Below are positions 39,501 to 53,485 of a DNA stretch of 64,000 bases, piece after piece. Each line of letters begins with the position of its first letter. The stretch's first letter is position 1. The position numbers and the translations under genes were made by a program. The DNA comes from Lingula anatina (lineage: Eukaryota > Animalia > Brachiopoda), in the NCBI GenBank assembly GCA_051362555.1, contig CM120644.1:5092954-5156953 (forward strand). Reading direction: 5' to 3'. A model generated the notes under the pieces. That model saw only the letters and a list, made by a program, of their open reading frames with translations. It made no database searches and was not told the origin of the DNA.

Positions 39501-42500
39501 AGAGGTACCAGAATTTGGCAGGAAGTTTATTGGTGTCAGTAAAGGTGGTACCTTGGAAATTCACGGTAAGACGAAGACTGCTTGGACCTTTCTGGAAGGG
39601 CACCTCACAGGTAAGGGGTTAGTTGTAACACCAAGACTGTTAAATTTAAGACTACCCTAATGCTATGCATCAGCTTCTTTTTCTTTCTGTTTTCTCTTAC
39701 TTTTATTGGTCCATTTTCGTTGTCTAAGATTTTTTTCTTGGTATATTTTACAATGTTGAATGACGTAACGATGTATTTCATGTAGCTATGAAACTATAAT
39801 AACAATTAAGAATACCAGTTGTTTAAGAACAATAGATAAAGATCCGATTGGAAATCAATTTTGAGAGATAACAATGCGTATATAACGCAGAAAAGCAAGG
39901 CCCTACGGATTGTTACAATAATAAGATATGATATAACGGAGCATCTCCAATTCATCAACACGACAGTGTCCTCAATCTGAAATAACTCGTATATTAAAGG
40001 GTCACTGGCGGAAGGAGAATACAAAGATTCTGACATGTCGCGAGGGTTAAACGTGCGTGTCATAGACCAGGAGACAGGCACCATCACAGCCCGCGAGGCG
40101 TTTGACACGCGCTTTGATACCACGGCCTCGGATAGATTCACTGAATTCATCACGGAGCAGAAAGGTGACTCACTTATTTATAAAATTGATTGCAAACTAT
40201 GACCAAACTACATAATCTATAGTAAAGGTCACCTTTGAATTTTACGTTTCCATATTTATTTTCTTACTCTTCAAATACATCTTAATTTGGAGCTGTAATT
40301 ACATCATAATTCATAACATCTTAAACTGATCTCGATGAAACATACATATAGATGGAGCCATAATAGCCATATCAGCCAATGACAAGGCCTTCGTGAAACT
40401 TTACTCGGCTGGCAAGACTCTGTTGGCCAATATGGGGAGCACTGACATTAATAGCGTTGGCTCTTGGTGAGTGCTAAGTACACACACTGGACAATAGAAG
40501 TGTCACCCCTTGAATCAGAGTAATCAAAGTTTTTAACCTGAAGAGGCGGAATATAAGCAATATCAGCATACCGATACAATTGAATTGTTCAGTCAGAACC
40601 GTTTCTTTTGCGAAATTTGATGTTAATAAAATGATACCAGGAGCATATCATTCCACAGTCATTTATTTCCCCCAAAGTATTGGTTCAGTAGGGGTGACAC
40701 TTCTTTTGTCCAGTGTATGTAAATGTTTTAATTGAAATAAAGTCAATGTCATTTAAATGCCTTTAAAAAGTTTTTATTCAACATAAGGGTCCATTGATGA
40801 GAAAGTTGATTGGGTAATCTACAGTTCTGCTGTAAATATTTTTGAAAATATGTTGATATGAAAAGTGTTAACCAGTCTGTTGGTTTAGCCATACATCCGT
40901 TTTCTAGGCATGTGACGTGTCTCCCGCTCCTTATATATAAATTGACATTAACCTTCATGTGCACATGTACACCTTTTTAAATCTTTCAGTGGGCCATATG
41001 TGGGGTGAACTTTATGCATCCATGCGATCGATACCACAAGTAATAAGTATGTACGAGAAAGGTCACATCGACAGTGGAAAATACATGCTGGGGTTGGGTC
41101 TGGGTGGGGTGGGGGGGGGGGGGGGGGCGAGTGTGCGCCAATACCTTCTGCTCCTTAATTACCATCCCTCCACTGACAACTAACGTAACAAAACCAAATG
41201 TTTCCCCATACCTACAAACTGTTAGACAATTATCTGCGTCTGTTGTTACAGCATGCAAGGCAATGTAATTTAAACTCCCCAATTAAAAATAAAACTGGGG
41301 TCCCTGGCACAGACCAAAAGCTCATGGATAGGGTCAGTTGTGTATACAGTATTATTGACATGTTTAATTTTTTATGTTAAGGGACCCCTGGGCGTTCATT
41401 ACTGTTAAAGGCTCACCTTCGGAGACTGTCGAAGAAACAGTGGAATACATTAGTAAGTGAATCTTGCATATTTTGATTTCTTTAATCTTATCACTCACTG
41501 CTAGAACATTTTAGACGTATAATCGTCGCACCCCACAACTTAATTGTTACACAGTAAAAATGATCAAATTAATCTGTATGAAATGTTTAAATATTTTATT
41601 TCAATTATTTATGTTCTTTTCTGTGCCACTCAGTTTTGACACAAAACACAAATTCAAATAACCCTCGGGTTTTCATAACTATGCTTTGTCTTATCACGTT
41701 CAATTATGTCCATCCTTCATCGTTTTAATTAAAATTTAGTAGTGTAGAGCTTTTTTATATTTTCATTTGTAGTTTTTATCCTTATGGATTTTAATGCATT
41801 TCAGCTAAAAAAACAACTCACTACGCCACTACTGAAAAGATGTTCACAAATTCTATGGGTCGGTTCCGTGTCTACGTGAAAAGTGGATATGACGGTCAGT
41901 GTCATCTGTATGCACCTGATTATAGACCCCATTTACATACCTACATGTATAGCACACATCATTAGATCCGCACCCATGCTTTTGAGTTTATAACACTGTT
42001 TAAATTTTTATGCCCGTGTGATAAACCTACTAAATGTAGTACAATTAGAAATGCCTTTTTTTCCTGTTTTCTAACTCTTTTTTCAACTGAAGAATTTATC
42101 AATATTGATCTAAACCAACTGTATTAATTCATTAAACATTCAATATTTTGTAAAATGTCAAAATTAAAATTTTAAACTATATAAAGAAAACCATCATTCC
42201 ATTCACACAGGAACAGAAGGGAAGGCAAGTGGTGCAATCGAGCTGACCGACGAAACAGATGGTCGCGTGATCACGCTCGCAGATGACGTCAGCAGTTGGG
42301 AAGAGGGAGATCGTATAGTAATCAGTAGTACCGATTATTCCATGTATCAGGCGGAAGAATTTCTGATTGGAAATTGTGAAGTTTGTAATAGTAATCAAGT
42401 CAATATCATGGGTAAGAATTTATTTAACTATCTAATCACTTAATTTATTAAGATAATTAAAAATATCATTTATAGAACTATTAGGATCATTATTATCCAG

Positions 42501-42916
42501 CTTTAAATGGAGATTCACGGCACATGATGATGTTATCATGAAGATCGCATGATGGCATTCCCATGTTAAGAAAGTAATCACTGAAATTAAGCATTCGATT
42601 ACGTAAGTGTGTGTGACAATTAAAGTTCATTGATCGACACTCACAGCGGATTTATAGAGCGCTAAACAACATTAAAAATGTTCATGTGTCATATTGAGTA
42701 CGAATGTATCTCTGTGTGCCTTTGTCTAAAACGGCCTCAGATGGATTTCTGTGTGAAAAATGTTTGTACTATTACGTTTTATGGTCGTAATGTAGATAGA
42801 TTTTGACAAACCCAGAGGTAAATCCCAATTCTTACATACGCGGTATTGTTCAATCGGATAAATAAAACGCATCTGCTTTAGAATAGTTTTATACTGGATA
42901 GAAAGATACCATGATC

Positions 42917-42956
<40 letters not shown>

Positions 42957-44209
42957 TCCTTCCAGGTCCAGTCAAGTACCTTCATTTTGGCGGGTCATCG
43001 TACGGCGTGGACATGCGTGCTGAGGTTGGACTCCTCAGCAGAAATATCCTGATTAAGGGAGAAATGGAAGCAAGCTGTTATGGAGACAATTTCTGCCAGT
43101 TCTTTGATTTTGACACTTTTGGCGGGCATTTGAAGGTAACGTATACTACATTTATTACTCAGGTAACATCGTATGGTTCCAAATTGCCCTCCGATTTTAC
43201 TGTGGCATTACAAATACTAATACTTTTAGAAAATGTTTTTAATCTGAGATTTAGATATAGAAAATATAGAAAATGATAATGCTACAACAATTTGTACCGA
43301 TGATCATATGTTTGTTTAAAAATGAATGTCCCTAAAACTGACTCGCTAATAGCTAGATTATAAGAAAAATGGATTGAAAACATCTTGCTTTTTCCAAAAA
43401 AAAAAAAAAAAAAAAAAAATCTCTCAAAGCCCAAGTGGAGTGCACTTGGTGCATTCATCAGACAAAATAACTTAGCATGGAACAATGAATATCTGGGAGT
43501 AAATCGGACATTTTTTTAATTTAATGAAGTTTAAATTTTCCCAGGTCGTCAAAGGTTTCAAATCAGTCCATCTGTCAGGAATAGAAGTGTTTAATATGGG
43601 TCAGCAGATCCTTGGAAGTTATCCAATCCATTTCCACATCTGTGGTGACGTCGACGAACTCGGTGGATACACCAATCCTACTTGGGTTAAAGACCTGTCC
43701 ATCCATCACTGCTTCAGTCGTTGTGTCACCATCCATGCTACAAATGGATTGTTGGTGGGTATTGTCTTTTGTACTTAAGGAAACGGCGCTAAAACAACTG
43801 TGCTTTAACATGTGTGATTGTGCACTTTGAAATTTCAATTATTATCATTCGATTTATACTAATTATGCGGATTACTAATCTCCACTTATTGACATATTTT
43901 GTATCTTAGGTTCAAAATGTCGTCGGATACGATACACTTGGTCATTGCTTTTTCCTGGAGGACGGTAATGAACAAAGGAATACTCTGGACCATAACTTGG
44001 GTCTCCTCACCAAACCAGGCACCCTCCTCCCGTCTGATAGGGACAGCGACATGTGTAAAGCTATAGTGGACAGAGTTATCCCGGGGTATACACCTTCAGT
44101 TGATGCCTGCAAGTAAGTGCTGGTACACGCATCAGGGCGCTCTTTCACCTATGTGTCTCCACAACCCTCCCTACATCCCTGTCTTCCCCTACATCTCTCT
44201 TCCTCTCCA

Positions 44210-44243
<34 letters not shown>

Positions 44244-47200
44244 TGGTGATTAAGAACCAGATGTCATGTGGTACATTGACGTCATAGTAGAAATTCTGTT
44301 GTCATATTGCAGTGGAGTTAGCACATTCTGGCTTACCCACCCGAACAATACCCTCACCAACAATGCAGCCGGTGGCTCTGAGGTATGTGTAACTGAAAAC
44401 ATATCAACGGTAGATACTTGACAACATCTTAATTTTCATTATAGAAATTTACAAGAAATTTAGAAATCTTTATAAACTTCAAAATAATTTTACATATGAC
44501 GTAGTAAAAGCGAAAACTATGTTTTACTTGCCAACAGACGTCTCTCCACAAAAATTAATAAAAAAAGTGAAAGATTAATTAAATTTTCACATGCCGTCCA
44601 TTTTTTATCATGCCACATTCATATTTATATCACAGCTTGACATATCCACACGGGCGTTCAATATTATAATTAAACCCCTCATTTTCCATCAGAAAAGACA
44701 CAGTGGAAAGAGGCGTCGTTAAGGGCGAATAAATGGAAAAAAGAATTCATAAGTTTATGACGATGCAATACCAGTTTCCTTTTTATCCACCTATGCAAAC
44801 CGTGGCAACACCTTCCAATGCAGACATATAAATCAGAAAAGATTTCTTCAGCTGTTTTATAAGGATAAAGTCATTTTTCTTCAATCCCTGATAAAGATGC
44901 TCTGATAGACAATGAAATGTTGGAGGTAAACATTATTAGGATCCAGCTGTTAATTGAAGAAAACATTTTTCTTGGACATATAAATAACTTTCCAGGGTGT
45001 ATGCTACTGGTTTATATTCCCAGAAGAACCCACCGGTCCCTCTGTAGGCACCCTACCCCCGGGTCACAGCCCCCACAGTCCCGTCAAGAAGTTCTACAAC
45101 AACAGGGCGCACTCTAGCGTGAAAAGGGTGAGTATTATATATATTGGCTTGCGATAATAATACCTGTTTTGTAACTCAGTGGAACTATCTGTGCTTCGAT
45201 CAGGGCAATAGTCACTCTTTTATCATAACGTGCCACTAGCTCTGTTAGATTTAACTTAATTGTAGCCTAGATTTTTCAGTTTTAATATCATTTTTGTAAA
45301 AGTGGTAGCCATCTGTGTTTTGCAGTATTCCTTGTTGTTGTCCAAGGGACTGAAACTAACGCCATCTACCGAAGATGATCCTGCGGAATATTTATCCCTG
45401 ACGGGCAACCGGTAAAGGCATTTGTTTTGTCTCTGACATTCTTATTCCAATGCGGAAAAATAATACTGTTACAGATGTACTAACCTGCAGTACGATGACG
45501 CTAAGAAAGTAAGTCGTGACTCTTTTGGCGTTAGATTAACAATTTTAGACTGCTAGTTGAATATCGACCGAGCAGAAACCTGCGTAAATTTTTAGCCCAG
45601 TGGCGTATCATAAAATGTTATTTTTTTAGTATTTTACAAAACATCGTTATGGTAAATGAATGAAAATTAATAACAAATAAATGGACTCAGTCACTGAAAT
45701 ATTTTTATTATACCAACGATATTGATTGTTAGTTATAACAATTAAAATTGTTCTGAAATCTATTTAGCCAATAATCCAACTTTCCTTTATCCGGTATCAG
45801 TTTTCAGTAATCTAATTAGGCCCCCAAACGTCAAGACTTATTGTGAAGTCTTACCTGTACATGTAGGTCCCAGCATCTAGGACGCAAAGTGTAAACCGCC
45901 CTAAGCTCCCTTTACATACATATAAAGGGGTTTCTTTTCCATTCCAGACACGCTCCCCACGTGGACGCTGACCTTGAAAAGCCAAGGTCACCATCAGTGA
46001 TAGAACGGTACACGGTGTTTAAGACCAAAAGTAGGGGTATATGGGGGCGTGGCGGAGATATTTATGTCAAAAACTCAAGGTATTTCATTCGGAGCGTTTT
46101 AGTTCCTTTCAATAGTTTTTGCCCATTGATATACTAAGCTTAATTGAAGAAAAAGTAAATTAACTGTGCTTCAATAGTTTGTGACTTTCCGTTTTGATTT
46201 AGTTAGAAACGTGAGCTGCACGTGTATAATCTGCACATATATACTGTGGAGCTGATACATGTATTATCAGTGGCGTTGATATCAGCGTACCTTTTTCAAA
46301 ATTAGATTAATGGCACACAATTGAAGCAATCTATACTCCATACTGGCATGTTCTTTCAGGTTTGCAGATCTATTGAATGCTATAACTTTCGCGAGGTAAG
46401 CAGCCGATAGTATCTCTATCTATCAGAATATGTTTTTTTAAACAAATTTTTACAATTTTCTTACAGTTTACAAATTAAGCATTTCGTTTGATAAAAAAAG
46501 TAAAGTTAAGAGAAAACAGTAAATGGTATTATTAAAACTTTTGTAAAGATTTCTCCTTTCCTCCAATGTTAAAGTTGACTTTGCGTCTCAGCCTTTTGTT
46601 GATAAATATTTGACCTATACCCGATCTCACATGGTCGTGGCCAGAACACACTGAAAGTGTTGACTATCACTTCCAGTTCAGGCAGAACACCATACGACCC
46701 AGGTAGTCATCAGGAGGTCATAGACAGTATCTTTGTCGGTGAAAGTGAAAACAGAGGAACCCAAATGCAGAATGATAACGCCCAGTATTGGGCGGCCGGC
46801 TTTGACGGAAAGATGCGAAGTTTTCCGAATGACCCGTAAGTGAAATATGGTGGTTAAAATTTCTTTTTTTTCATTGTTTGGTTTTGATTGAGCGTCTGTG
46901 AGTGCGTTGTTATCCTCGTGAGTGTTAAATATACTGCCAAAATAACAAAGCTGTCGCACAATGCGAAACATTACTTTAATGGAAAAAGCTGAAATATGCA
47001 AAATTTGGAACTTTTGAAAATTGTGGTACACAATGCACAATCGATGATTACTGGCGAAACGCGAGCGCGCGCTGTGGGCACGCCTTTTCTGGCGTGGACT
47101 GACGTATGTGTGACACACTTCCGTCGTTCGATCGATTATGTCCGTAGGTTGTGAGAGCGTGCATGGAAAGGCACTTGCTCCTTCATTGCCTGCGCCGTGC

Positions 47201-49196
47201 GTCTTATATCATATATAGTAAGAAACAGACAATAAAGAACTCAGAAAGAGCACTGTGTTCTCATCTGGTATAATATATGTATTTGAGCTATGGCATTTTT
47301 GCCTATTCATTGATTTTTTTTATTATTTTATCTTTTAATTTTGTGATATGAAAAAGCTAAGCGTATTAACGATTAATTCTGCTTTACAGAATAGAACCAA
47401 TGAGGGCCATTGTTTTATATGACGGACCTGTCTCCGTGGAAAGATGTCAGTTTAAGCGCTGTGTCAGTCAACATAACGACGCCACGGTGGCCATTGGGTT
47501 TCTACATAAAAATAAATGGCAGTTTTCAACAACCACGAGGGTTAAAGAGGCTTCCTTTGACGACGTGGTACGCACTGATTCACTGTTGATTAATAACTAC
47601 CCAAATTTCATAAGAACTTAGAATATAACAGATTTACAATTCGAAAGAGAATTTTCTGAGGATTATGCCCGACGTCGCTCTGACAAAAAAAGTCAGTAGT
47701 TGAGTACGTAAAACAGGAGTGCCAGCCAGCATCACCTGTTTAGTATATTATTAGCATTGGATAAGGTTAAAAAAGAAAGGGACTAGCTACTTAAAATTTG
47801 GGGAAATATATGAAACATGGATCCGCAGCCTCACAGAAGGAACGGTACATCTTTATCGTTGGTTTGATTTTCAATCCAAGGCTCTTACTTGTCCAAGGAC
47901 AGGTGGCAAACGATGGTAAAAGTGGTGTCCTACAGTCACTTTAAACAAGGCGAGGGGCGATAACGTTAGAGCTCACATCTGTTGCCTGTACACGGCATCA
48001 AACACTCGTGTTTTTTCATAAGTTGTAAAAAGACAATTATAAAACAAAAATAATAATTGCACCACAGTGACTCTACGTCTTATAAGGTTATTAACACAGA
48101 ATAATCATTGCGATATGAAGAGGTGGGGGAGTTATTGGGGTATTGAATGTAGGTAATTGGGTAGAACCGAGGACCATGTAATAGTCATACACTAATTGTA
48201 TTCTCCGAGGACATAACGGACTTAACTACACATTTAGTATGCACTAACGCAGATTTTCTTTTCAGACGCGCCGCGTTTGGTTTGGGAAGATTCCAGTCGG
48301 GAATCACGCCGACGACCCAGTGAAAGATGGCGACAAAACTCAGATTTTCCACGACGAGGACGGCTCCGTTAGTGGTTATGCAGGCGCGTACGTCGTTCGA
48401 GCAGACAACTACCTTCTCCGCCATGATGGGTGTGTAGAAAAACCGGAATGGAATAACGCTGCAATCTGCAAAGGAACTTATGCGCAAGTGAGTCATTTAG
48501 TTCTTGGCCAACTAATATCTTTAGTTAGACTAGCAGAATCAACAAATCACAACGACGTAGGTTTGTCCAATTAAAATTGATCTATCACAGTTATATTAGA
48601 AACCATATTGATGTTTTTACAACGTCGTAGGTCAATTCTTAAACATAAAAAAGATTATTCACGGTTACACCAGACTGGCAGAAAGTCAAGCAAACTTGAG
48701 CCTTCAATTTAGAACATTACGGCACGCGTTTATCGCATATACCTAGTGAACTGTAATGATAATCTAAATTTGGGTTTCCCCGTTGACATTTTTATTATGA
48801 AATATCGGTGGATAAACAAAAACAGTTAATGTGAACAAACTTTCATTCAGAGATCTTCTTTGTGTTTGGATTAAAGATAAGATAAAGTGTCCACGCATAT
48901 TCCTTTTTTCAGCTGTATGTCATCACAGAGAAGGGGGATTTGGTAATGAGTACTACTCGCACAGACCACCCCGACAAACCCCTCGAACTAGAGAGCCCCA
49001 CTGGTGACCAGTACCAGCCGTCCATGCTACTGGGCCGTTCCTATATCATTCATTGGGACAACACCACACCCGACGATATAGAGCTACACCCCATTAATTT
49101 CAACAGGTAAATTCTTTTTTTTCTTCTTATTTTGATTATTATCTCCGTTTTTTCTATGCCCCTTTTTCAAGGAGTTTATACTAGCAACGATGGAAT

Positions 49197-49243
<47 letters not shown>

Positions 49244-49611
49244 AGCCATATTGAACCGATATCCATACATTAAACTGTACAAATATACATATGCTATCTT
49301 CTAGATACGACTACATTATGGTTGGACTCTGTTACCCTATTGGAACGACATTCAACATCCAATACGAGATTGAAGATACAAACCAGGGCAAGAGAACTCT
49401 AACAGAAGTCAACTCGCTGGCTGAAGTTCAAAATGGAGACGGTGGCCAGTATTTCATCGATAAAGAAGTTGGGTAAGGACTTTGATGTTCAAATGCCTAT
49501 AGATAAGAATTTCTACGAAACAAATAACAGATTTTATAAAAATCGCAACCATCGCAGTCTTATTCAAAACCTCATATTGAACTCAGCCAGCCTATAATCG
49601 TGTGTGTGTGT

Positions 49612-49643
<32 letters not shown>

Positions 49644-49877
49644 ACATTTGAACTCCAAATCTAAATATTTTCACACTGTTACGTTAATGCACATTTCAGA
49701 TTGCTATTTCTGAAAATCATTACTGCATACGACAGAGAGGGCTGGAATTACTGCTCTACACAAGGCTGTGAGTACATATCCATCTTGGCCACCATGCCAA
49801 GTGGCGCTACCAGTGTCTGTCCAGGACAGGCCTATCCTAAGTATCAAGAAGAACTTATCAACGTTCCAATCGGCTGA
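30565..49877 (+). CDS. CEMIP: CEMIP/TMEM2 (CEMIP2)-like secreted protein, paralog 2, ~1077 aa
   Basis: Exons 30565-30598, 38676-38831, 39158-39260, 39450-39610, 40000-40164, 40352-40466, 41382-41452, 41805-41894, 42211-42411, 42966-43135, 43545-43754, 43910-44112, 44313-44382, 44996-45127, 45326-45411, 45948-46079, 46360-46395, 46677-46835, 47390-47567, 48266-48487, 48913-49106, 49305-49472, 49700-49877 (3234 nt). Same exon phases and mostly the same lengths as paralog 1. N-terminus [17 protein letters not shown]. Confidence 0.92.
31079..31266 (-). repeat. 3' LTR of the Gypsy element
   Basis: Matches 36358-36545 with 3 differences found by eye; preceded on the minus strand by a purine tract (~31274-31312). 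Confidence 0.9.
36345..36357 (-). promoter_or_regulatory. Primer-binding site (tRNA-Leu-like)
   Basis: TGGTGGCAGCGGT immediately after the 5' LTR; complementary to the ...ACCGCUGCCACCA 3' end of eukaryotic tRNA-Leu (assignment from recall). Confidence 0.7.
36358..36545 (-). repeat. 5' LTR of the Gypsy element
   Basis: Direct repeat of 31079-31266, adjacent to the PBS. Confidence 0.9.
40485..40715. mobile_element. Tc1-like MITE
   Basis: TIRs CACTGGACAATAGAAGTGTCACCCC / GGGGTGACACTTCTTTTGTCCAGTG; homologous to 8130-8356. Confidence 0.75.
49202..49238. repeat. (GA)n microsatellite
   Basis: Direct reading; another lies at ~49616-49643. Confidence 0.9.
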
Positions 49878-50387
49878 TTTTCGAATATGCTGTACTAAAC
49901 AGCGTAACGTACCACCTTATCGTGACATTGCCATGATGGTACTAATATAGAGAATAAATAGTTATTTATATGCAAAGCGAATGGTATTACGACATTATGA
50001 TTCTGCTTTGCATGAAAATAAACCCTCGTTTCACCTTTGTTCTGTTGTTTGTGTAATATGATAAAGATATATGGGCTTCGGCGAATTTCTTTGGCATTAA
50101 AATCATAACAACAAAATAAGTGCATGGCGCGAAGTCTCTACCCTTATTTAGGTTCGCAACAATCTACCATTTATTTTAGTATGCAACATTAAGTAAAAAA
50201 TCTCTCGTTTTGTCTGTAGCAATGTTTGTTTCTATGTCAAATCTTACATGCATTCCTCCATAGCGCTTTAGTCAAATTTAAATATTTTAAATTCACAAGC
50301 GACTTATTTTCTTCAAGACAAGTTAAGTTACATTATATAGGAACAAAGTATTATTTTAATTATAGATTCGTACATTTCTCTTATTCT

Positions 50388-51323
50388 TTATTGGTCCACA
50401 GAGCCATAGAAAAGGACAGATTGGTTGCCTTTCTTGTCGAAATAAAAGTGATAACAGCCAAATGTAAACTCTTCCAAGCTAATAATGCCATCTGTATTGC
50501 GATCAGTGTCGTTTATGGGTACCTCCGGTGGCAAGGCGTTCCGAAATATTGTTAAAAAATTGAAATATTCATCAGAAGACATTTCATTGTTGCAGTCAGA
50601 ATCAAATATGTGGAACCAATCAGTACAGTATTCCAATTCTGCAACATTCAACGTGCTGTTACGAATGTCAATTTGGTACACCTCAATCAACTTATCGAAA
50701 TTTAGTTCATGCTGAAAGCTTGTTGTGTGGTCAGTAAACCAAACCGTCCAAACCCAACTCATCAATCCAAACACTGCCTTAGTCCTCCACGAGGAAAGCA
50801 CGCGAGGGCTTCTCTCCGCTGTCAAATCAACATATTCCTCCTTGACAACCGTCCCATCGCCATTGACGTCCAGCATTCTCAGCCAAGCATTCGCCTTCAT
50901 TTTCCAAATGGCATCTATCTGATCTTGGAATTGTTAAGCAGTTTAGAAAAAGTTAGAAGAGATTATTAAGGTGTGAATTGTTACTTAAATAATTTCAACA
51001 TTACGACAATTAAGTTATCACAGATATTTAAATGTGTATTCCCTAATGCTGATTCTTACCTACAAGAACAAGAATAATAAATTAGAATATGAAGAGTAGA
51101 CATAAAGGAGGGCAATTCACAGTTGACAATGTTTGGAATTTTTATTCCCTGTGTAGTCCTGCATGAGTCAATGTTTCTCTTTCGTTTTGTTCGAAAAAAA
51201 AAAAAAAAAAAAAAAAAAGAATATAAGAAAGTCGTAACTAACCTCTCGACCAACAGATCTGATACTACTAGTGTGACTGGAGGCAAAAAGAACAAAGATT
51301 AACAGGGGAATGAGAAGATCCAT
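50388..51323 (-). CDS. Secreted SCP-like EF-hand calcium-binding protein, copy A (~203 aa; possibly splice-defective)
   Basis: Exon 51323-51243 (MDLLIPLLIFVLFASSHTSSIRSVGRE, donor GTTAGT) plus exon ~50918-50388. EF loops DVNGDGTVVKEE, DSDCNNEMSSDE and DRNTDGIISLEE. Confidence 0.8.
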
Positions 51324-52324
51324 GATAACACTTCAAATATCATAGTTAAGATACCTAGGCATATATGTTTCAAATTAAATGATACATTTTGGGGAAATTA
51401 TGTGCACCTGTATGTCTCAAGTTAATAAATGATTCAATCTGGAGAATCATGATATCTATTATGAAAGGAACAAATACCGAATAACCCCACAATAATTGTT
51501 AAGCGACATACTGTTTTGTTCTACTTTTTTGTACGTGCTTATTTTTAATAAGCATACATGTAGATAGTTAAAGTAATCACGGCAGCCTTTTATATACATG
51601 TGTATTATACAAAATCGGTGATTTCCTAAAATAACACAATACTCACTTTGTCTCAGCCGTTCCAGATCGAGGAACTAACTCTTAATAAAGAGAATTAGAT
51701 GACACCAGATCGCGTGGTCTTAGAACCAAATCCTGGAATGATGCAAGCAAATGTATCTGTTCTTACGGTTTTAAATTCAGTGTTCTAGAGTGAAAATTGA
51801 GATAAAGATCGATTTCTAAGGTGTTTTAGTTTTTACTGATAGGGATTTTCCATCTAATGTATATTTGTGTCTTTGACATTCTTTGATGTAGTCTAATATA
51901 CAGTATTACAGTAAATATACAGAATAATGATCGCAGTTAACATAATTAAATATAAATAAAAAAACGACAATAACTCAATGTTTGTTTCACAATTAGAAAC
52001 GAATAATTTCATCTTTAGAAACACGAAACATGGAAAAATATTAATTTACATATGAGAACTTTTATTTCAGATAAGCTACACTGCTGAAATAATAAAAAAG
52101 GTCTACTGCAATCCGATGAAAAGGTCACGTTCTTTTTATCGTGTAAGCTGATGTAGAACATGGGACCCTTTTCATAAATGTCCTTATATGTGAACAATGA
52201 GAACATTGATGAAAGACACTAACATGATGAATCTACCAATACTGTGGAAAAATATTCATTTGCAGGGATATTCACTTCTGCTACCTGCCAAAAAGTCACC
52301 AATTTTAGATCACAATTACCTATA

Positions 52325-52569
52325 CAGGGGAATATCCAGGATTATTTGAAGGGGGTCCGCGGATGCGAAGAAGACCCCCCTCCTTTGGCGTGGGGTACGG
52401 GGCTCGCTGAATGGCCCCGAAAAATTTTGCTAATTTAAAGGGTGAAAGGTGCCATTTGGTACGGTTTAAAACTATGATCCAGCTGGTCAAAATTCTTATA
52501 TCAAGAAATCGAAGGGGGGGGGGGGGGGGGGGTAAGGACTCCCCTGATCCCCCTCTATATCCGCCACTG
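52325..52569. mobile_element. GC-rich interspersed repeat/MITE (copies at ~55615-55860 and ~58905-59147; related pieces at ~13960-14070 and ~14840-14995)
   Basis: CAGGGGAATATCCAGG...GTCCGCGGATGCGAAG...GGTGCCATTTGG...(G)n...TATATCCGCCACTG; absent from the homologous intergenic DNA near 62300. Confidence 0.7.
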
Positions 52570-53485
52570 CTATGTAACACGAGCAAGAATGTTTTTCTTC
52601 TTTTTTTTTTCATTTTTGATATGATTTTAAGTTTTTCAGGCAGGATCCCCTACATTGAGTTTCCTGAAGCAGAAACTAATATTGTGCAATTTTGTGTACC
52701 TGAATATACCTTGTACAAGTAATGCATAGAATCTGTCTGCCGAAAGTAATTCGTATCAGTGAACTGACTCTGTGTGTTCGGGATTTTTACCTAATGTTTT
52801 GTGCTATATAACGAGACACAACTTGGTGTCTTATAGCATCTAAGCATCTTTTGGGTACTGAATTTTATTCAAGTTCAAAAGAAATATTTGGTTACATGTA
52901 CACACAAGTGACAAAAATAATGGGTTTATATTTCATATTCTGTTTACCGTGTAATCTGTTATAGAACATGAGGGCTTTTCAAATGTCCTTGTATGTGAAC
53001 AACGAGGACACTGATTAAAACACAACACAATCTGTATCTACATATGGTGTGGGAACACAAGCTGGACGAAATTCAAAATAAAAACAATAATATTGCAGAA
53101 ATATATTTTTGTTACCTGATCACAATTACATAATTTACTGAAGCAAGAATGGACATTTTTCCAGTTCTGATATAATTTCAATTTCGCCAGGCGCCTTCAA
53201 CAATCACCCCTTCAATCTGCAGCAGACACCAAAGTTGTGCAATTTTATGTACATAGATCAATAGTATGTAGAAAGTGTCTTGCGATAGCAAATAATATCA
53301 ATAAAGTGTCCAGTTACTAAACTGACAATGTTCTCATGATTTCACCATATGTTTTGTGCTTTATAACAAGAAACGGTGGAGCCTAAAAGCATTTTGGTAT
53401 CATTTTTTATTCAAGTCAAAGAAGATAATCTGATTACATGAACACACAAAGTAAGAATAATAAACACGTCCATATCTCTTAACGT

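Noticed and set aside
7223-49266. Numerous 60-150-aa minus-strand ORFs overlapping CEMIP exons and introns
   Set aside because: Antisense shadows or microsatellite-derived; no motifs or splice-consistent structure, apart from the PAN-M15 exons and the Gypsy ORFs.
51056-51103. Extra exon or recursive splice site (TTGTAG|GTAAG) in the copy A intron
   Set aside because: No phase-compatible open frame, and the AG is GG in the duplicated copies.
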